DNA of 64,000 bases from Myxococcales bacterium (lineage in GTDB: Bacteria; Myxococcota_A; Polyangia; Polyangiales; Polyangiaceae), in assembly GCA_016720545.1 (NCBI GenBank), contig JADKKK010000003.1:217516-281515 (forward strand). The letters are read 5' to 3'. Positions 63,730-64,000 of this stretch are shown in pieces. The position numbers and the translations under genes are program-made. Below the pieces are notes generated by a model that saw nothing but the letters and a program-made list of their open reading frames with translations, was not told where the DNA came from and made no database searches. How positions within the stretch are numbered: the first letter of the stretch is position 1; the number at the start of each line of letters is the position of its first letter.

Positions 63730-63843
63730 GAGCCCATGGGAGGGGAGAACTCGGCGGACGGCAAGCGGCCCGATCCTGCGGCGCCTCGCGGCCATGGCTG
63801 AGCGGACCGAACCGCGGGCAAGGCGCGATGCGAGCGCCGCTGC

Positions 63844-64000
63844 TACGCCAACACGCCGAGGCGCTTGCCCGCGCGCGCGAACGCCGCGATCGCCTGGTCG
63901 ACCTGGGCCTCCGAGTGGTCGGCGGAGAGCTGCACCCGGATGCGCGCCTCCCCCTTCGGAACGACGGGAAAGTAGAACCCAATCACGTAGATACCCTCTT
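63844..64000 (-). CDS. C-terminal fragment of 2-amino-3-ketobutyrate CoA ligase / 8-amino-7-oxononanoate synthase family (PLP enzyme), 5' end outside window
   Basis: The translation '...[50 protein letters not shown]' matches the conserved Kbl/BioF C-terminus. The stop is TAG at 63844-63846. Confidence 0.55.

Overview
This is a 64 kb, very GC-rich (~70%), densely coding chromosomal segment with gene content typical of Myxococcota. It carries four eukaryotic-like Ser/Thr kinases, FHA, PEGA, TPR and DUF4388-like domains, and a pilMNOPQ type IVa pilus operon. Many long ORFs in the six-frame track are GC-driven antisense artefacts, so genes were called only where a recognisable domain, signal peptide or motif, or stop/start coupling (ATGA, TGATG or GTGA overlaps) supports them.

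The centrepiece is a ~20 kb minus-strand Tad/Flp-pilus-like secretion locus (≈11.9–31.9 kb). It encodes the following components:
- two flp pilin genes, one of them frameshifted;
- a prepilin peptidase, two TadE-like pseudopilins and a TadG-like membrane protein;
- CpaB and a secretin;
- an FHA-fused CpaF ATPase plus a second, short CpaF;
- the TadB/TadC platform.

Interleaved with these are three FHA or FHA-like proteins, a Ser/Thr kinase, a TonB-dependent-receptor-like barrel with a TPR/PEGA N-terminus, and a Cys-rich small secreted protein. This architecture resembles the Tad-like 'Kil' contact-killing apparatus reported for Myxococcus xanthus, but with extra components.

Other notable content:
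- a heme-motif lipoprotein plus Tat-exported DUF1552-like operon (7.0–11.7 kb);
- a pilQ-pilM T4aP operon (36.5–42.1 kb);
- an M1 aminopeptidase with a (KAT)n tail;
- a 74-bp x6 hairpin-containing tandem repeat array in a divergent promoter region (46.3–46.7 kb);
- a translationally coupled kinase and HD/DUF4388/TPR regulator pair (51.5–57.8 kb);
- a CopZ-like chaperone convergent with a P1B-ATPase-like protein whose catalytic motifs are degenerate;
- argD;
- a frameshifted GH13 amylase.

No rRNA, tRNA or CRISPR array was recognised.
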